This document shows positions 1 to 9,771 of a stretch of DNA of 64,000 bases, in pieces (within the stretch, counting starts at the first letter, position 1; each line of letters opens with the position of its first letter). The translations under genes were made by a program, and so were the position numbers. Under the pieces are notes generated by a model, which saw only the letters and a list, made by a program, of their open reading frames with translations, was not told the origin of the DNA and did not search any database. The DNA is from Flavobacteriales bacterium (GTDB lineage: Bacteria > Bacteroidota > Bacteroidia > Flavobacteriales_D > Sanyastnellaceae), in NCBI GenBank assembly GCA_947442505.1, contig CANEVR010000001.1, forward strand, positions 30,305-94,304. Reading direction: 5' to 3'.

Positions 1-56
1 TTTGATTTGGTTGGCATAATAATTTTATTAAACTAATTTCTTTATTTCAAGATTGA

Positions 57-623
57 TTAACATATCTCCCAGCCTCTTTCATTCTCTTCCCAATTTCCTT
101 TATCATAACCTTTCGGATAATTGAGCTCCACAAAATCATCACCGTTCATAATGCTTCCTTGATGTAAAAAAAAGTAAGCAAATGGTAATACTTGATAGTC
201 ATGCACATCCCGCGCGTCATACAACTCGCCACTATCTCTCATATCTCCCTTTCCGTTTAATAGCCCAGTGATTTTATTCAAATTTGAATTATTATTTGCA
301 ACTTCGTACTCTTTTCCATCTATTTCAACCAAAACATTTTCAGTGTTTAAATTAAAGTTAGAAGGCCCATAATAATACCAACGATCAATACTTGAGAAAC
401 GATAAAAATCGTCTATTGTCTCCGAAATAAAAACTACCCAATTCACAAATTCCTCATCTGATCTCACCACTGATTGAATTCGACCTTGAAGCCATTTGCT
501 ATCATTAAATACTGAATAGGAAAGATGAAAAATATCTGAATAAGCCATTTCTTCATCGAAATTCTTGGACCAAATTCTAATATCAAAACCAAATTCTTTT
601 TTGCGCAATTTAGACATTGACAA
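57..623 (-). CDS. hypothetical protein, 188 aa, no recognisable domain
   Basis: Uninterrupted minus-strand ORF that starts 7 nt after the stop of the BRCT-FISUMP gene. No signal peptide and no motif recognised. Confidence 0.55.
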   Translation of the reverse strand: MSMSKLRKKEFGFDIRIWSKNFDEEMAYSDIFHLSYSVFNDSKWLQGRIQSVVRSDEEFVNWVVFISETIDDFYRFSSIDRWYYYGPSNFNLNTENVLVEIDGKEYEVANNNSNLNKITGLLNGKGDMRDSGELYDARDVHDYQVLPFAYFFLHQGSIMNGDDFVELNYPKGYDKGNWEENERGWEIC

Positions 624-630
624 TTCGTTT

Positions 631-1578
631 TTACTTATTGTTTTCTTTTACACATCTAACATAAAAACCTTCTTCTTCAAAAGGATTTGAATGTGTTGCC
701 TCTCGTTCTTCATTGTTGATATTAACAATCCAAAGTTGACCTGGAAACCAAACAGAACCATTACACCACCATGACACAGAGTAACCTTTTCCACCGAACG
801 AACCGTCATCACATCTCATGCCTCCTGGTTGGGCATTAAACAAAGGCTTTTTAGAACCATTCATATCCTCTTCCCATCCAACCGACGATTTAATTTTTTT
901 TGCTGAGTCCTTACCTAAAACATCTCTCAACTCAGTCCAATCTTCTAAAGTCGAAAGTCTCCACCCCAAAGGGGCAAGACCTCTTTTATCATCAAGGACA
1001 AAAGAATTATAAATTCTTCCAAACGTAACTCCGAACTCATTACTGTTCTCGTAATAGCAACAAGCAGGCTGTCTCTTTTTAAAAGCAGCGAGCCACTCTT
1101 TGGCTGACTTAGCTTCCGGTATCAAATCTCCATTTCTAAAATGTGCAACATCTAAATTCTTTGCCATCCAAATTTGCTTTCCAATCTTAACCTCTTCCAA
1201 AGTGGTTTCAACTGCTACTTTCTTTGCACTCGCTTTACTAACGGTTGGTTTGGTTTTTTCTTTGACAGTGTCCTTCTTCGTAGCGGCTGGCTTGATGATC
1301 TTTTTGCTCGTAGGCTCATTCGCTGCTGCCTTACCCTTCGGCACCATCTTCAAAAATTCCTTCTCTGTTATAATCTTCACCGTTCCCAATTTCTTGGCTT
1401 TTTCCAATTTACTTCCTGCATCTTCGCCCACTACCAAGTAGTTGAGCTTGGCACTCACACCTGAAAGGACTTTACCACCGTTGGCTTCTACCAATGCTTC
1501 GGCTTCATCGCGGGTGAATTCGGTTAATGTTCCTGTGAAGAGGAAGGTTTGGTCTTGGATTTTTGATTGGGTTGGCAT
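631..1578 (-). CDS. BRCT domain (LigA-type) fused to a FISUMP (Fibrobacter succinogenes major paralogous, TIGR02145-like) domain
   Basis: The N-terminal ~80 aa ([57 protein letters not shown]) resemble the C-terminal BRCT domain of NAD-dependent DNA ligase. A Lys-rich linker follows. The C-terminal part ([59 protein letters not shown]) fits the FISUMP pattern. No ligase adenylation or OB domains and no signal peptide. Confidence 0.85.
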   Translation of the reverse strand: MPTQSKIQDQTFLFTGTLTEFTRDEAEALVEANGGKVLSGVSAKLNYLVVGEDAGSKLEKAKKLGTVKIITEKEFLKMVPKGKAAANEPTSKKIIKPAATKKDTVKEKTKPTVSKASAKKVAVETTLEEVKIGKQIWMAKNLDVAHFRNGDLIPEAKSAKEWLAAFKKRQPACCYYENSNEFGVTFGRIYNSFVLDDKRGLAPLGWRLSTLEDWTELRDVLGKDSAKKIKSSVGWEEDMNGSKKPLFNAQPGGMRCDDGSFGGKGYSVSWWCNGSVWFPGQLWIVNINNEEREATHSNPFEEEGFYVRCVKENNK

Positions 1579-1639
1579 AACAAAATATTTTTTTTTTAAT
1601 CTCTCGGATACTCTAATAAAACTCTAAAATTAATTATTA

Positions 1640-3544
1640 TTAGAATTGTCGCACTGCTCTAATTTTACAATTTGTGTTTCTCCCTAGAACCAATGATTTT
1701 GTAGGATAATCAGGCAACATTTCCCCTTTTCTAAAAACTCTCTCACCTTGAATGGCATGTGCATGATGACCATGAATCATTTTATCATTGAACCATTTCG
1801 ACATCTCTCCTCCTTGCTGCTCTGCAGTCCAGACAACTCCCGTAGTGACCTCTGTTGAACTCCAATATACTCCAACTAATTTCAAATTGTCAACCAACAC
1901 TTTCAATTCCTTCACTGTAGGCAAATACCAATCACTAAATCCGCTTTGACGACACGCGGAGCACAACCTAGCGGCGGTCGAAACTTGTGTTTCCGTACTT
2001 TTAAAAAAACCTTTTTCAATTAAAGTACTTGCTAATGTAATAATCTTATTTGTGTTAGACTTGCCCGTACTGTCAGAAATTCCATTTCCGTCTGCACCAA
2101 TTTTACCATCTATTCCCCATGGTGCATTTCCAATGTCATCACTTGTACTGACTAAACCGTGTTTACCCGATTTATCCAAATAAAACACCAAACCACCAGC
2201 ATAACGCACACCCACCTTCAACTTATCAGCATTCAATTCAAGCTTTAACTTTTGAAGCAATGTCTTTGACTTCTCTAATGGTTCAGTTTTAGATCTATTC
2301 AAATTTTGAATAATCAATTCGATATTGTCTGCGCTATGGGACACATATGTGGTTGCTTTGATTTCACCAATGAAAGCATCAATTTCCAATTCATGTAAAT
2401 TTATCTCGTTTTGAACATTCGTTATTACATGCTGATATTTACTTACTTCTGCAATTTTTACTTCGTAAGACTCTTTTGAAAGTCCTATTAAATTTTCCAA
2501 GACATCTGCGGCGTCATTCGAATTTATTCCCTTCCAAACATTAATAAGTGCATTTATTTTTTTATCAACACTATCATTCTTTTCTTTTATTAATTTGATT
2601 ACCTCTGCTTCATTAATCAAATCAATTTCTTTAAATGCAGCAATAGCCAGAATAGGCTCTTGATCTATACATAAATCCAGGTTCTCAATAGCATCATTAA
2701 TCTGTCCATTTCTAACTTGGTATTTTGCCAAGAGGAATCGATTCCGCGGATAATCATGAAACTTCAAAGATTTCATCTGGTAATTCACCGACTCGGCAAA
2801 TCGTCCTAATACGTATGATGAAAATGCTGCCTTTTCATATGAATCTGCAACAAGGATTCCAATTTGGCCTACGGAGTTGTATAATTCCGAGTTTACCGTT
2901 AGGAAACCATTCGTTAACACATTAACTAATCTTGTTGCATTACCATCATTTTCAACACTGGCGTATTTTGCGGCCTTAACAAAGTACTCCAAAGCTTTTT
3001 CGGGATTCAAATATTTCTCAACGTATAAATAAATGCATCCAATCCGATGTAAAACAAAATAATCTTGTTTCATCAAAGATTCCGCTTTTGAAAGTTCCTC
3101 CATTGCGTCAACAAACAAATCGACATCTTTTGAAGCATTTACAAAAAATTTAATACCCAACTCAATACACTGCTGTCTCTCTTTCTCGCTATCAGGAACC
3201 CGCAATAACTCAGCAATATTTTTAAGGAGCATATTGCTTAGTCGCTGTTGTTCAATTTGAACATCCAAGTTGCGGTTTAGAAAATTTAGCGTTTCATTAA
3301 TATCAGACATCTGATTAGAAAGCACATTCATGCCCCTTCCGATAGCGTTGCCCAATTGATTAACAGCTTCAACATGTTCTTTAGAAGCTTGTTTGATATA
3401 GGTCCCCACAGCATCTGCCCCATACTTTAAGAGAGCGGTATCTTTCGAATATTCAAGAAAACTATCATAAAGATTAGCATTCTCCTCCCATGGTTTCCAA
3501 TAACCATAGACAAAAAGAGGTTTCATTGGTTTGATATCACTCAT
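1640..3544 (-). CDS. helical/TPR-like coiled-coil protein with a C-terminal DUF1566-like (Lcl C-terminal, lectin-like) domain
   Basis: 634-aa ORF. The C-terminal ~150 aa (GGLVFYLDKSGKHGLV, FSDWYLPTVKELKVL, VYWSSTE, IRAVRQF) fit the DUF1566 pattern. The N-terminal 450 aa are helical repeat or coiled coil. No signal peptide. Confidence 0.7.
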   Translation of the reverse strand: MSDIKPMKPLFVYGYWKPWEENANLYDSFLEYSKDTALLKYGADAVGTYIKQASKEHVEAVNQLGNAIGRGMNVLSNQMSDINETLNFLNRNLDVQIEQQRLSNMLLKNIAELLRVPDSEKERQQCIELGIKFFVNASKDVDLFVDAMEELSKAESLMKQDYFVLHRIGCIYLYVEKYLNPEKALEYFVKAAKYASVENDGNATRLVNVLTNGFLTVNSELYNSVGQIGILVADSYEKAAFSSYVLGRFAESVNYQMKSLKFHDYPRNRFLLAKYQVRNGQINDAIENLDLCIDQEPILAIAAFKEIDLINEAEVIKLIKEKNDSVDKKINALINVWKGINSNDAADVLENLIGLSKESYEVKIAEVSKYQHVITNVQNEINLHELEIDAFIGEIKATTYVSHSADNIELIIQNLNRSKTEPLEKSKTLLQKLKLELNADKLKVGVRYAGGLVFYLDKSGKHGLVSTSDDIGNAPWGIDGKIGADGNGISDSTGKSNTNKIITLASTLIEKGFFKSTETQVSTAARLCSACRQSGFSDWYLPTVKELKVLVDNLKLVGVYWSSTEVTTGVVWTAEQQGGEMSKWFNDKMIHGHHAHAIQGERVFRKGEMLPDYPTKSLVLGRNTNCKIRAVRQF

Positions 3545-3694
3545 ATCTCATCTATTCTTTTTTGTATTTCCCAGCTCCTAAATTTCATAGGTAAAATGCT
3601 CGTTTGAACTTTTGAAGAAGAAAAACTTGATTCCAAATTTTCTTTACACCAAATTTCCACACTTAATTTGGTAATTCTGGCATTTTAAATATGC

Positions 3695-4309
3695 CTAATC
3701 CTTGATTAATCGCAAAGAGTAACCGTTTCCTTTTTCCGATGCTTTGCTTTCAGCTGTTTTACGATCTTCAAACAATCTGAAATCAATAGCCGAGCTCTTG
3801 ACGTAATCTGTCGATGTCCAAAAGTGCATTTGCATTCCACCGCCAAAAAACTCTCCATCTTCAGAGCACATACCAACAGGAGACGCAGCAAATCCGGACT
3901 TATTATCTCCATTGCCATCTTGGGTATTCAAATCATCATCCATAAACTCATCCCAGCCCTTAGTATCCTTTAATGCATGACCACCATTCTCTTCTCCACC
4001 ACATTGTTCTATTAAAACGGAGCATTCTTCGTCGGATGGCACATGCCAACCTTCTGGCGCCAATCCACGGTTGTCATTAACTGCAAACCAGTTGTACAAA
4101 GCCTCTCCGTTCTTCTCAAAGAAATTGTAGCACATCATTGGCTTCTCTTCTTTGACGGCCTTTTTCCACTCCTTTTCATTCTTGGCCAATGGAACTTCAT
4201 CTCCATTTCTGAATTGTACCACAACTACATTTTTTGAGGACCAAACTTGCTTACCAATTTTCACCTCTTCAATGTCCGCATTCGCGTTAATACCACTTTT
4301 TTTACTCAT
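3695..4309 (-). CDS. stand-alone FISUMP-domain protein, 204 aa
   Basis: Motifs VKIGKQVWSSKNVVVVQFRNGD, PMMCYNF, ALYNWFAVNDNRGLAPEGWHVPSDEE and GYSLRLIKD. Paralogous to the C-termini of the 631..1578 and 13858..17100 products. No signal peptide. Confidence 0.8.
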   Translation of the reverse strand: MSKKSGINANADIEEVKIGKQVWSSKNVVVVQFRNGDEVPLAKNEKEWKKAVKEEKPMMCYNFFEKNGEALYNWFAVNDNRGLAPEGWHVPSDEECSVLIEQCGGEENGGHALKDTKGWDEFMDDDLNTQDGNGDNKSGFAASPVGMCSEDGEFFGGGMQMHFWTSTDYVKSSAIDFRLFEDRKTAESKASEKGNGYSLRLIKD

Positions 4310-4425
4310 GATTTATAATTTTACTTTTTCAAATTCGGATTTCTTTTGTTCTATACAAATTCTCTTTCATTCCAAAATCCGATGCTAGATTTCAATTGCT
4401 CTCTACTAATTCCGTTAACACCTTT

Positions 4426-5169
4426 TCATTTTGATTTTAACAAGTGAATAATTTCACTTCTAACGTCCTCTTCTGTCTCGCCATTCAACTCAAAAATGGA
4501 ATCATCGATATAAAAAGGCATTTGCCCTTTGTCTGTGGTTGCATAAAAAATAATCTCACCATCCTTTATTAAAAATTGATGTGTCCCATATATTTCACCA
4601 CTCTCTTCTTCACTAGTTGAATTTCGCTCCATATTTTCTCCGTCAATTGTAGCAGACTTCAAAATTGAAATATCCAAATCTGCCATTTCTTGAAGGAAAC
4701 GATAACAAGTAATTTGACATTTCACTGTCTTACTGGTTGAGTCCATTAATGACTTTTCCGCTATAAAATAGATGGTTTCATTTCTGAAGGTACATAAATA
4801 AACCCCCTTATCTTGAAGCTTGACCTCACTTTCCTCAGATGTTTCAAATTCGAAGTTGTGAGTTGAGAGTGCATTCTTGTCTCCCAATTCTTGAACTTCC
4901 TGTCCGTTGAGGTACAATCCATTTTCATGAAGAACATTGTCGTAGATAAACCAATCATTGAAATATTCACTATCAAGGTATGAGTTTCCTTCAACGAGAA
5001 TTGCAATCGTATTCAGATCCTTTTTGCTCAATTTACCAATGGCAATCTCCATTCCATGACATTCACACAATTCAGTTGGAGAGTTCCGAGCAAAAATGAA
5101 ATCAGTTGTTTCCGCATGATCCCTTTCTTCTCCTTTTAATTGATTTGAACTATCCATATTGAATCGCAT
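4426..5169 (-). CDS. hypothetical protein, 247 aa
   Basis: Long ORF co-directional with its neighbours, acidic, no recognised motif. The start may be the internal MDSSNQ. Confidence 0.55.
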   Translation of the reverse strand: MRFNMDSSNQLKGEERDHAETTDFIFARNSPTELCECHGMEIAIGKLSKKDLNTIAILVEGNSYLDSEYFNDWFIYDNVLHENGLYLNGQEVQELGDKNALSTHNFEFETSEESEVKLQDKGVYLCTFRNETIYFIAEKSLMDSTSKTVKCQITCYRFLQEMADLDISILKSATIDGENMERNSTSEEESGEIYGTHQFLIKDGEIIFYATTDKGQMPFYIDDSIFELNGETEEDVRSEIIHLLKSK

Positions 5170-5194
5170 TTAATATTAGGAATTGCCTAAAAAT

Positions 5195-6679
5195 CTATTT
5201 TTTCAACTCCAAACTCAATGTTGGACCATCTGTTTCCATTTCGTATTTCTTGGTCAAGTCTTTGAAATCTTTTTTAGCAAACTTCCATCCATCAATATCG
5301 AAGTTTATTTCACTAATTTCTATATCCTTAAATGCTAAAATCCCTTCCTTTTTAAACTTAACTTCTGTACCCCAGTAACCTCCAATAACAAAAACAAACT
5401 TATTCAAATGAATTGAACCTAATTCCATGAAATCAGCGATTTCATGGCAATCACTCAACTCAAGCTCTTTCAATTTTTTCAAAGGCGCAATTCCCTTCAA
5501 CGAGGAAATTCTCGACTCATACAATTTCAAATAGTCAAGATTCTCTAGAGATCCAAACCCAGACATATCTGACACATTCCCCATTCCTTTCAAGGTTAGT
5601 TTTTTCAATCCCGAAAGTGCGTTCAAACAACTTGGAGTAAATTTCGATTTATATCCTTCCATTCCTAGTCCGTCTTCACCAATTTCTAATGTTTCTAATT
5701 TGGTCAAACATTTCAAGCTTTCATAATTGGCAAAGCCCTTTCCGCCGTTACGCACATTTGAAGAAACTTCTAAATGGCGTAAATCCTGACAAGTCTCTAC
5801 AAATCCCAAATCAATTGTAATGCTATCTTGACTTGAGGTATGTAATTTCAGACTTTGCAAATTGGACGGCATTTCAATTTTGTTTTTTCCTTTAACAGGA
5901 TATCCAACAATATTCAGTTCCAAATCTTTCAAGGATAGCAAATCCTTAAAGAAAACCAGATCATCCTTTGACTCTTCGTCAACAGAGAATATTAAGGACT
6001 CCAATCCCTTTAAATCAGACCAATTGATTTTTGCCTTTGACTCGCAACTACCCATCTCCAACTTTTGAATTCCGATTGGCAAATCCAATCTCGCAAATTT
6101 TGCACTCCAGTTTATTTCAGCGATGGTTGATTGAGATAAATCTAAACTTTTATCAGAAATTGCCGGCGCATTAATTCTAAAATATTTCAATTTGATTTTC
6201 TCTAAATCCTTCAATTCAATTTTAAATTCAGACCAAGTCTCGATTTCAAATCTTTCCAATTTTGGGCAAGCCTCGTACAGATTTTCTGAATTAAAATCAT
6301 CAACCTCTAGAATAACAGACAGTTCGATTATTTCTGCCCCGATAATTTCCATGAATTTCTGAAATTGAGAAAATCTCAAACCTTGTAAATGAACTTTAAC
6401 AATGGGTAATTCAAATTCCCAACTGGATTTATCTTTCAGTAATGCATCTAAATCCTCGAATGAAGTCGCATCATAAATACTTATTGAAACTCCACTATAA
6501 AATCCAGTTTTCGATTCTTCTTCAAAGTTATCAATGTCAATACTGATGAAATCATCTTTGTAATGTTCCTCTCCTTTGGCGTTTTGAACAAGATCAAATG
6601 AAATTGCGTCATATGTCTTAAGTGTAGATACCAATCCTACTGGGCTCCCTTTTTTACTCTTTGCGTTTGCTTTTGCCAT
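5195..6679 (-). CDS. leucine-rich repeat (LRR) protein
   Basis: Repeated LxxLxLxx(N/C)xL units (LQSLKLHTS, LRHLEVSS, LTKLETLEIGE, LKKLTLKG, LENLDYLKLYES, LKKLKELELSDC). I moved the start to ATG 6679 (MAKANAKSKK) because the longest ORF (to 6760) would overlap the upstream gene by 34 nt. No signal peptide. Confidence 0.8.
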   Translation of the reverse strand: MAKANAKSKKGSPVGLVSTLKTYDAISFDLVQNAKGEEHYKDDFISIDIDNFEEESKTGFYSGVSISIYDATSFEDLDALLKDKSSWEFELPIVKVHLQGLRFSQFQKFMEIIGAEIIELSVILEVDDFNSENLYEACPKLERFEIETWSEFKIELKDLEKIKLKYFRINAPAISDKSLDLSQSTIAEINWSAKFARLDLPIGIQKLEMGSCESKAKINWSDLKGLESLIFSVDEESKDDLVFFKDLLSLKDLELNIVGYPVKGKNKIEMPSNLQSLKLHTSSQDSITIDLGFVETCQDLRHLEVSSNVRNGGKGFANYESLKCLTKLETLEIGEDGLGMEGYKSKFTPSCLNALSGLKKLTLKGMGNVSDMSGFGSLENLDYLKLYESRISSLKGIAPLKKLKELELSDCHEIADFMELGSIHLNKFVFVIGGYWGTEVKFKKEGILAFKDIEISEINFDIDGWKFAKKDFKDLTKKYEMETDGPTLSLELKK

Positions 6680-6726
6680 TTCTATTTCTTTTTTGTGTTT
6701 GTATTTTTCTTGCAGATTTATCAATA

Positions 6727-7611
6727 TCAATCTGGAATTGTTTTCAATTGAGTATACCACTCAGGTGCTAATCCCAAATAGTTAACACCAGAGGCCAATG
6801 AATCTCTGAAATCGTATATTAAATCATAAACCTCTTCACTATCCCATTCCTTATCACCATCTTCATTCTTCTTCTTTTTAAGGCCGCTGTCTTTTGCGAG
6901 TTTAACAAAATAAGGAACGTCATCGAAATAATATGGATCTTCCCAATCACTGACAGTCGAATATTCGAAAGAAACCTTTCCTTTAGTGAAAACACAGAAA
7001 GACAACTCCCAAAGATTACGATCGAGATAAACAACTTTAAAATCTGACTTGGAATGTTTCGCTAAATCCTTGAAAAAGTTTTCATTCAAACGTATCGTAT
7101 CTTCAACATCCTGAAATAAATAGTTTATCATTAATTTACCTTCAGACTCATGAAAGTAAAAAAATGAATCATCTTCAGAGGTAATATCTTCAAACGAACG
7201 AATTGAATCTGTCACCATTAAAATCTTTTCTGTAATTGCAATGGTGCAGTACTTTTTGAACAACTTCTTTAAATCTGAAAGATTCAAATTGAGAAGAATT
7301 TCATTTTTATCTTGCTCCCCATTGTCTTCACTTATTGTACTTATACTCGATTTTAACGAGCTTGATTTTGACTTCGGTACCATCTTTAAAAACTCCTTCT
7401 CAGTTAAAATATTCACAGTTCCCAATTTCTTGGCTTTTTCCAATTTACTTCCTGCATCTTCGCCCACTACCAGGTAGTTGAGCTTGGCACTCACACCTGA
7501 AAGGACTTTACCGCCATAGGCTTCTACCAATGCTTCAGCTTCGTTCCTAGTAAATTCAGTTAATGTTCCTGTGAAGAGGAATGTTTTGTCTTGAATCTTC
7601 GATTTACTCAC
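6727..7611 (-). CDS. BRCT domain (LigA-type) fused to an unrecognised ~190-aa C-terminal domain
   Basis: The N-terminal 80 aa are nearly identical to those of the 631..1578 product ([56 protein letters not shown]). The C-terminal half is unrelated to FISUMP. Confidence 0.85.
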   Translation of the reverse strand: MSKSKIQDKTFLFTGTLTEFTRNEAEALVEAYGGKVLSGVSAKLNYLVVGEDAGSKLEKAKKLGTVNILTEKEFLKMVPKSKSSSLKSSISTISEDNGEQDKNEILLNLNLSDLKKLFKKYCTIAITEKILMVTDSIRSFEDITSEDDSFFYFHESEGKLMINYLFQDVEDTIRLNENFFKDLAKHSKSDFKVVYLDRNLWELSFCVFTKGKVSFEYSTVSDWEDPYYFDDVPYFVKLAKDSGLKKKKNEDGDKEWDSEEVYDLIYDFRDSLASGVNYLGLAPEWYTQLKTIPD

Positions 7612-7767
7612 GCTTTAAAACTATGTAAATTCATAACTTAATTGAATTAAAATCGCATCTAAATATACACCAACAAAAGTAATCTCTCTATTAAGAATAC
7701 AACAAATTGAACATTAAACAAATGTCCAATAAACTAAATGTTCTGAAATTGAATAACCCCTAAAAAA

Positions 7768-8271
7768 TCACCTAATCGTCACCACCTCTGGATAGGGGAT
7801 CAACATCTCACAAACAGAGGCCACTTGATCTTTCATGATCATCGATAAGCCCAAGATCAAAGCCGCACTGATGATGGCTGAGGCTATGTTGTTCTTGCGG
7901 ATCTCTTCCCACTCATTGACATGCGTCAATTGAAACAACACCATTATTCCTCCCGCTATCACCAACATCGAAAACAATATGCCAATGATCAAGAACATCA
8001 TCACATATCCCAAACTGGTGCTGATGGTGGCGAAACTTACTTCCGATTGATTGATGAACCGAATGGCATTCATCCCTGGCCCAACTATGGAGCCCACCAA
8101 CAATGATGTCGATAACAATATCCCCGCCTGAAGCGTCGCAAAAGATGTATTCAACTCCTCCAACTGAAAGGCTTTCTTCAAATAAAAGTTCAATACCTTG
8201 TACACCATAAACAAAGCCACTACCCCCATCATAAAGGCAATACCAGCCTGCATTAAAATCACTGTATTCAT
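7768..8271 (-). CDS. DUF350-like (YjfL-like) integral membrane protein
   Basis: Four predicted TM helices. The second half carries the DUF350-type signature THVNEWEEIRKNNIASAIISAALILG (compare E. coli YjfL, ITPHNEWQLIKNNNTAASLAF). Last gene of a coupled operon, 15 nt after the upstream stop. Confidence 0.7.
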   Translation of the reverse strand: MNTVILMQAGIAFMMGVVALFMVYKVLNFYLKKAFQLEELNTSFATLQAGILLSTSLLVGSIVGPGMNAIRFINQSEVSFATISTSLGYVMMFLIIGILFSMLVIAGGIMVLFQLTHVNEWEEIRKNNIASAIISAALILGLSMIMKDQVASVCEMLIPYPEVVTIR

Positions 8272-8286
8272 TTTTCTTGTTGTTTT

Positions 8287-9771
8287 TTAATATAATACTA
8301 CATTCCAATTGTCCATGTCCGTGTGCTCCGGAGCAATCATTCCAACCCTAAATCCTTTGGCCGTTAACTCCACGCCAAAATGTCTCACCCCATCCACTTT
8401 CTTGTAGTGCGCTGAATTGGCCGGTACCGCCACTCCCATGATGGAATGTCCATACTCCCGACTTACCCAAACACTGCTCTCAATCCCCAATCGCTTCAAC
8501 AATGTATACCCCAACAAACTGCGCGTATCACAGTCGCCTTTCATGTTGTGCACAAACTCATAAGGACTCTGCACCCCTCCAACCACCTCCGGCAAACAGG
8601 GTCTTCCCTCTGAATGGTATTGCGCCACAAATCCTCCCTGTCCACTGGCCTCTTGGCAACTGCCATCGTGCACCAAATAGTAAGGAATCTCCTGTATAAA
8701 CGTCACCACCATCTCTGCTGTCTCCAAGACGTTGAGCGATTTGCTCTTGCGCTGACCGTCAAAATACTGAACCAAACTGTCCACTTTGTGTTGGTCGTGG
8801 TCATAAAAGTCAAAATACAAATCATGCCAGAAAGTAAGCTCATTGCCCACCGGAACATTCACCCAATGGTTGTGCAATTTCTTAGAATCTTCAAATGCTA
8901 AAGTTCCAGTAGTGTATCGGGCTTGAAAATCCCTTGGCTGAAAGTCGCTCCATCGCACCTCATGATCCACCAAGTAATTCCAAGGCTGCGGAGCCATGGT
9001 ATCTTGCTTGGGATCCAATCTTTGGTCTTCCAACTGCACATTTCCTTTCTTCGTCTTCAAAGGATCTTCTTGCCATTTGGATTTCAACCAACCTCCCAAC
9101 GATTGAAACAGTCCAATCAGTAAGCCCAAGATAAACAACCACCGCAATGCTTTGAATAATCCTCCGATACAACCCATTGGAGCCATACATCCCTTTCTCA
9201 TGCAACCTTTGGCATTGGCCAATGGGACGGTTGAACCCTGATTCCCAGCAATTAAATCGGGAACCAACAATGGATTGTCTGTTACCCCAACATTAGCATT
9301 TCCCAATACAGTGGTTGACTGAGGAGTGACTTTGCTGGCCGCTGTCGCAGGTACTATGGTTTTGGGCGGAGTCGGTTTTGGGATCGAGAAAAATACCTCT
9401 CCATATGCCACCCCCTTGGTTGTCCCCAAATGCAACGAACCCATTGAACGCACATTGGTTCTTTCTGCAGATCGCGGTCCTGCCTGCTCGCGAAAAACAA
9501 CGTGCTCAATGGGTTTGGCGTATGACTTCCCATCGGGCATTTCCAAAATCAAATCAACACTGCGAAAACCTTTGGGCTTAATCTTGGGAACATAAATAAA
9601 ATCACCCACCTTTTCTTGCTCAGGTAAACGATCATACACCTGCACAACACTGCTGATCTCCAACCACTCCCACTTCAATTGTGCAAATTGATGACCATGA
9701 CCACCCTGATTCCATTGCTTGGAAAAGGCTCCACGATATTTTCCTTTGAAATGAAAATACTCCTTACTCAT
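8287..9771 (-). CDS. single-pass membrane protein with a C-terminal transglutaminase-like/cysteine-peptidase-like domain
   Basis: N-terminal ~190-aa soluble domain, then a Cys/Gly-rich segment (KGCMRKGCMAPMGCIGG) and a TM helix. The C-terminal domain has a Cys...His arrangement (MKGDCDTRSLLGYTLLKRLGI ... EYGHSIMGV) typical of the transglutaminase-like fold. The start overlaps the upstream stop by 8 nt (ATGAGTAA). Confidence 0.65.
   Translation of the reverse strand: MSKEYFHFKGKYRGAFSKQWNQGGHGHQFAQLKWEWLEISSVVQVYDRLPEQEKVGDFIYVPKIKPKGFRSVDLILEMPDGKSYAKPIEHVVFREQAGPRSAERTNVRSMGSLHLGTTKGVAYGEVFFSIPKPTPPKTIVPATAASKVTPQSTTVLGNANVGVTDNPLLVPDLIAGNQGSTVPLANAKGCMRKGCMAPMGCIGGLFKALRWLFILGLLIGLFQSLGGWLKSKWQEDPLKTKKGNVQLEDQRLDPKQDTMAPQPWNYLVDHEVRWSDFQPRDFQARYTTGTLAFEDSKKLHNHWVNVPVGNELTFWHDLYFDFYDHDQHKVDSLVQYFDGQRKSKSLNVLETAEMVVTFIQEIPYYLVHDGSCQEASGQGGFVAQYHSEGRPCLPEVVGGVQSPYEFVHNMKGDCDTRSLLGYTLLKRLGIESSVWVSREYGHSIMGVAVPANSAHYKKVDGVRHFGVELTAKGFRVGMIAPEHTDMDNWNVVLY

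Noticed and set aside
631-1578. NAD-dependent DNA ligase (LigA), suggested by the strong BRCT match; the same applies to 6727..7611
   Set aside because: Only the ~80-aa BRCT module is present. There are no adenylation, OB-fold, Zn-finger or HhH domains, and the proteins are 294-315 aa with unrelated C-terminal domains.
7913-8308. 131-aa ORF overlapping the DUF350 gene on the same strand in another frame
   Set aside because: The DUF350 frame gives a coherent four-TM protein with a family signature. The alternative frame is Gly/Asp/His-rich with no features and would overlap two genes.
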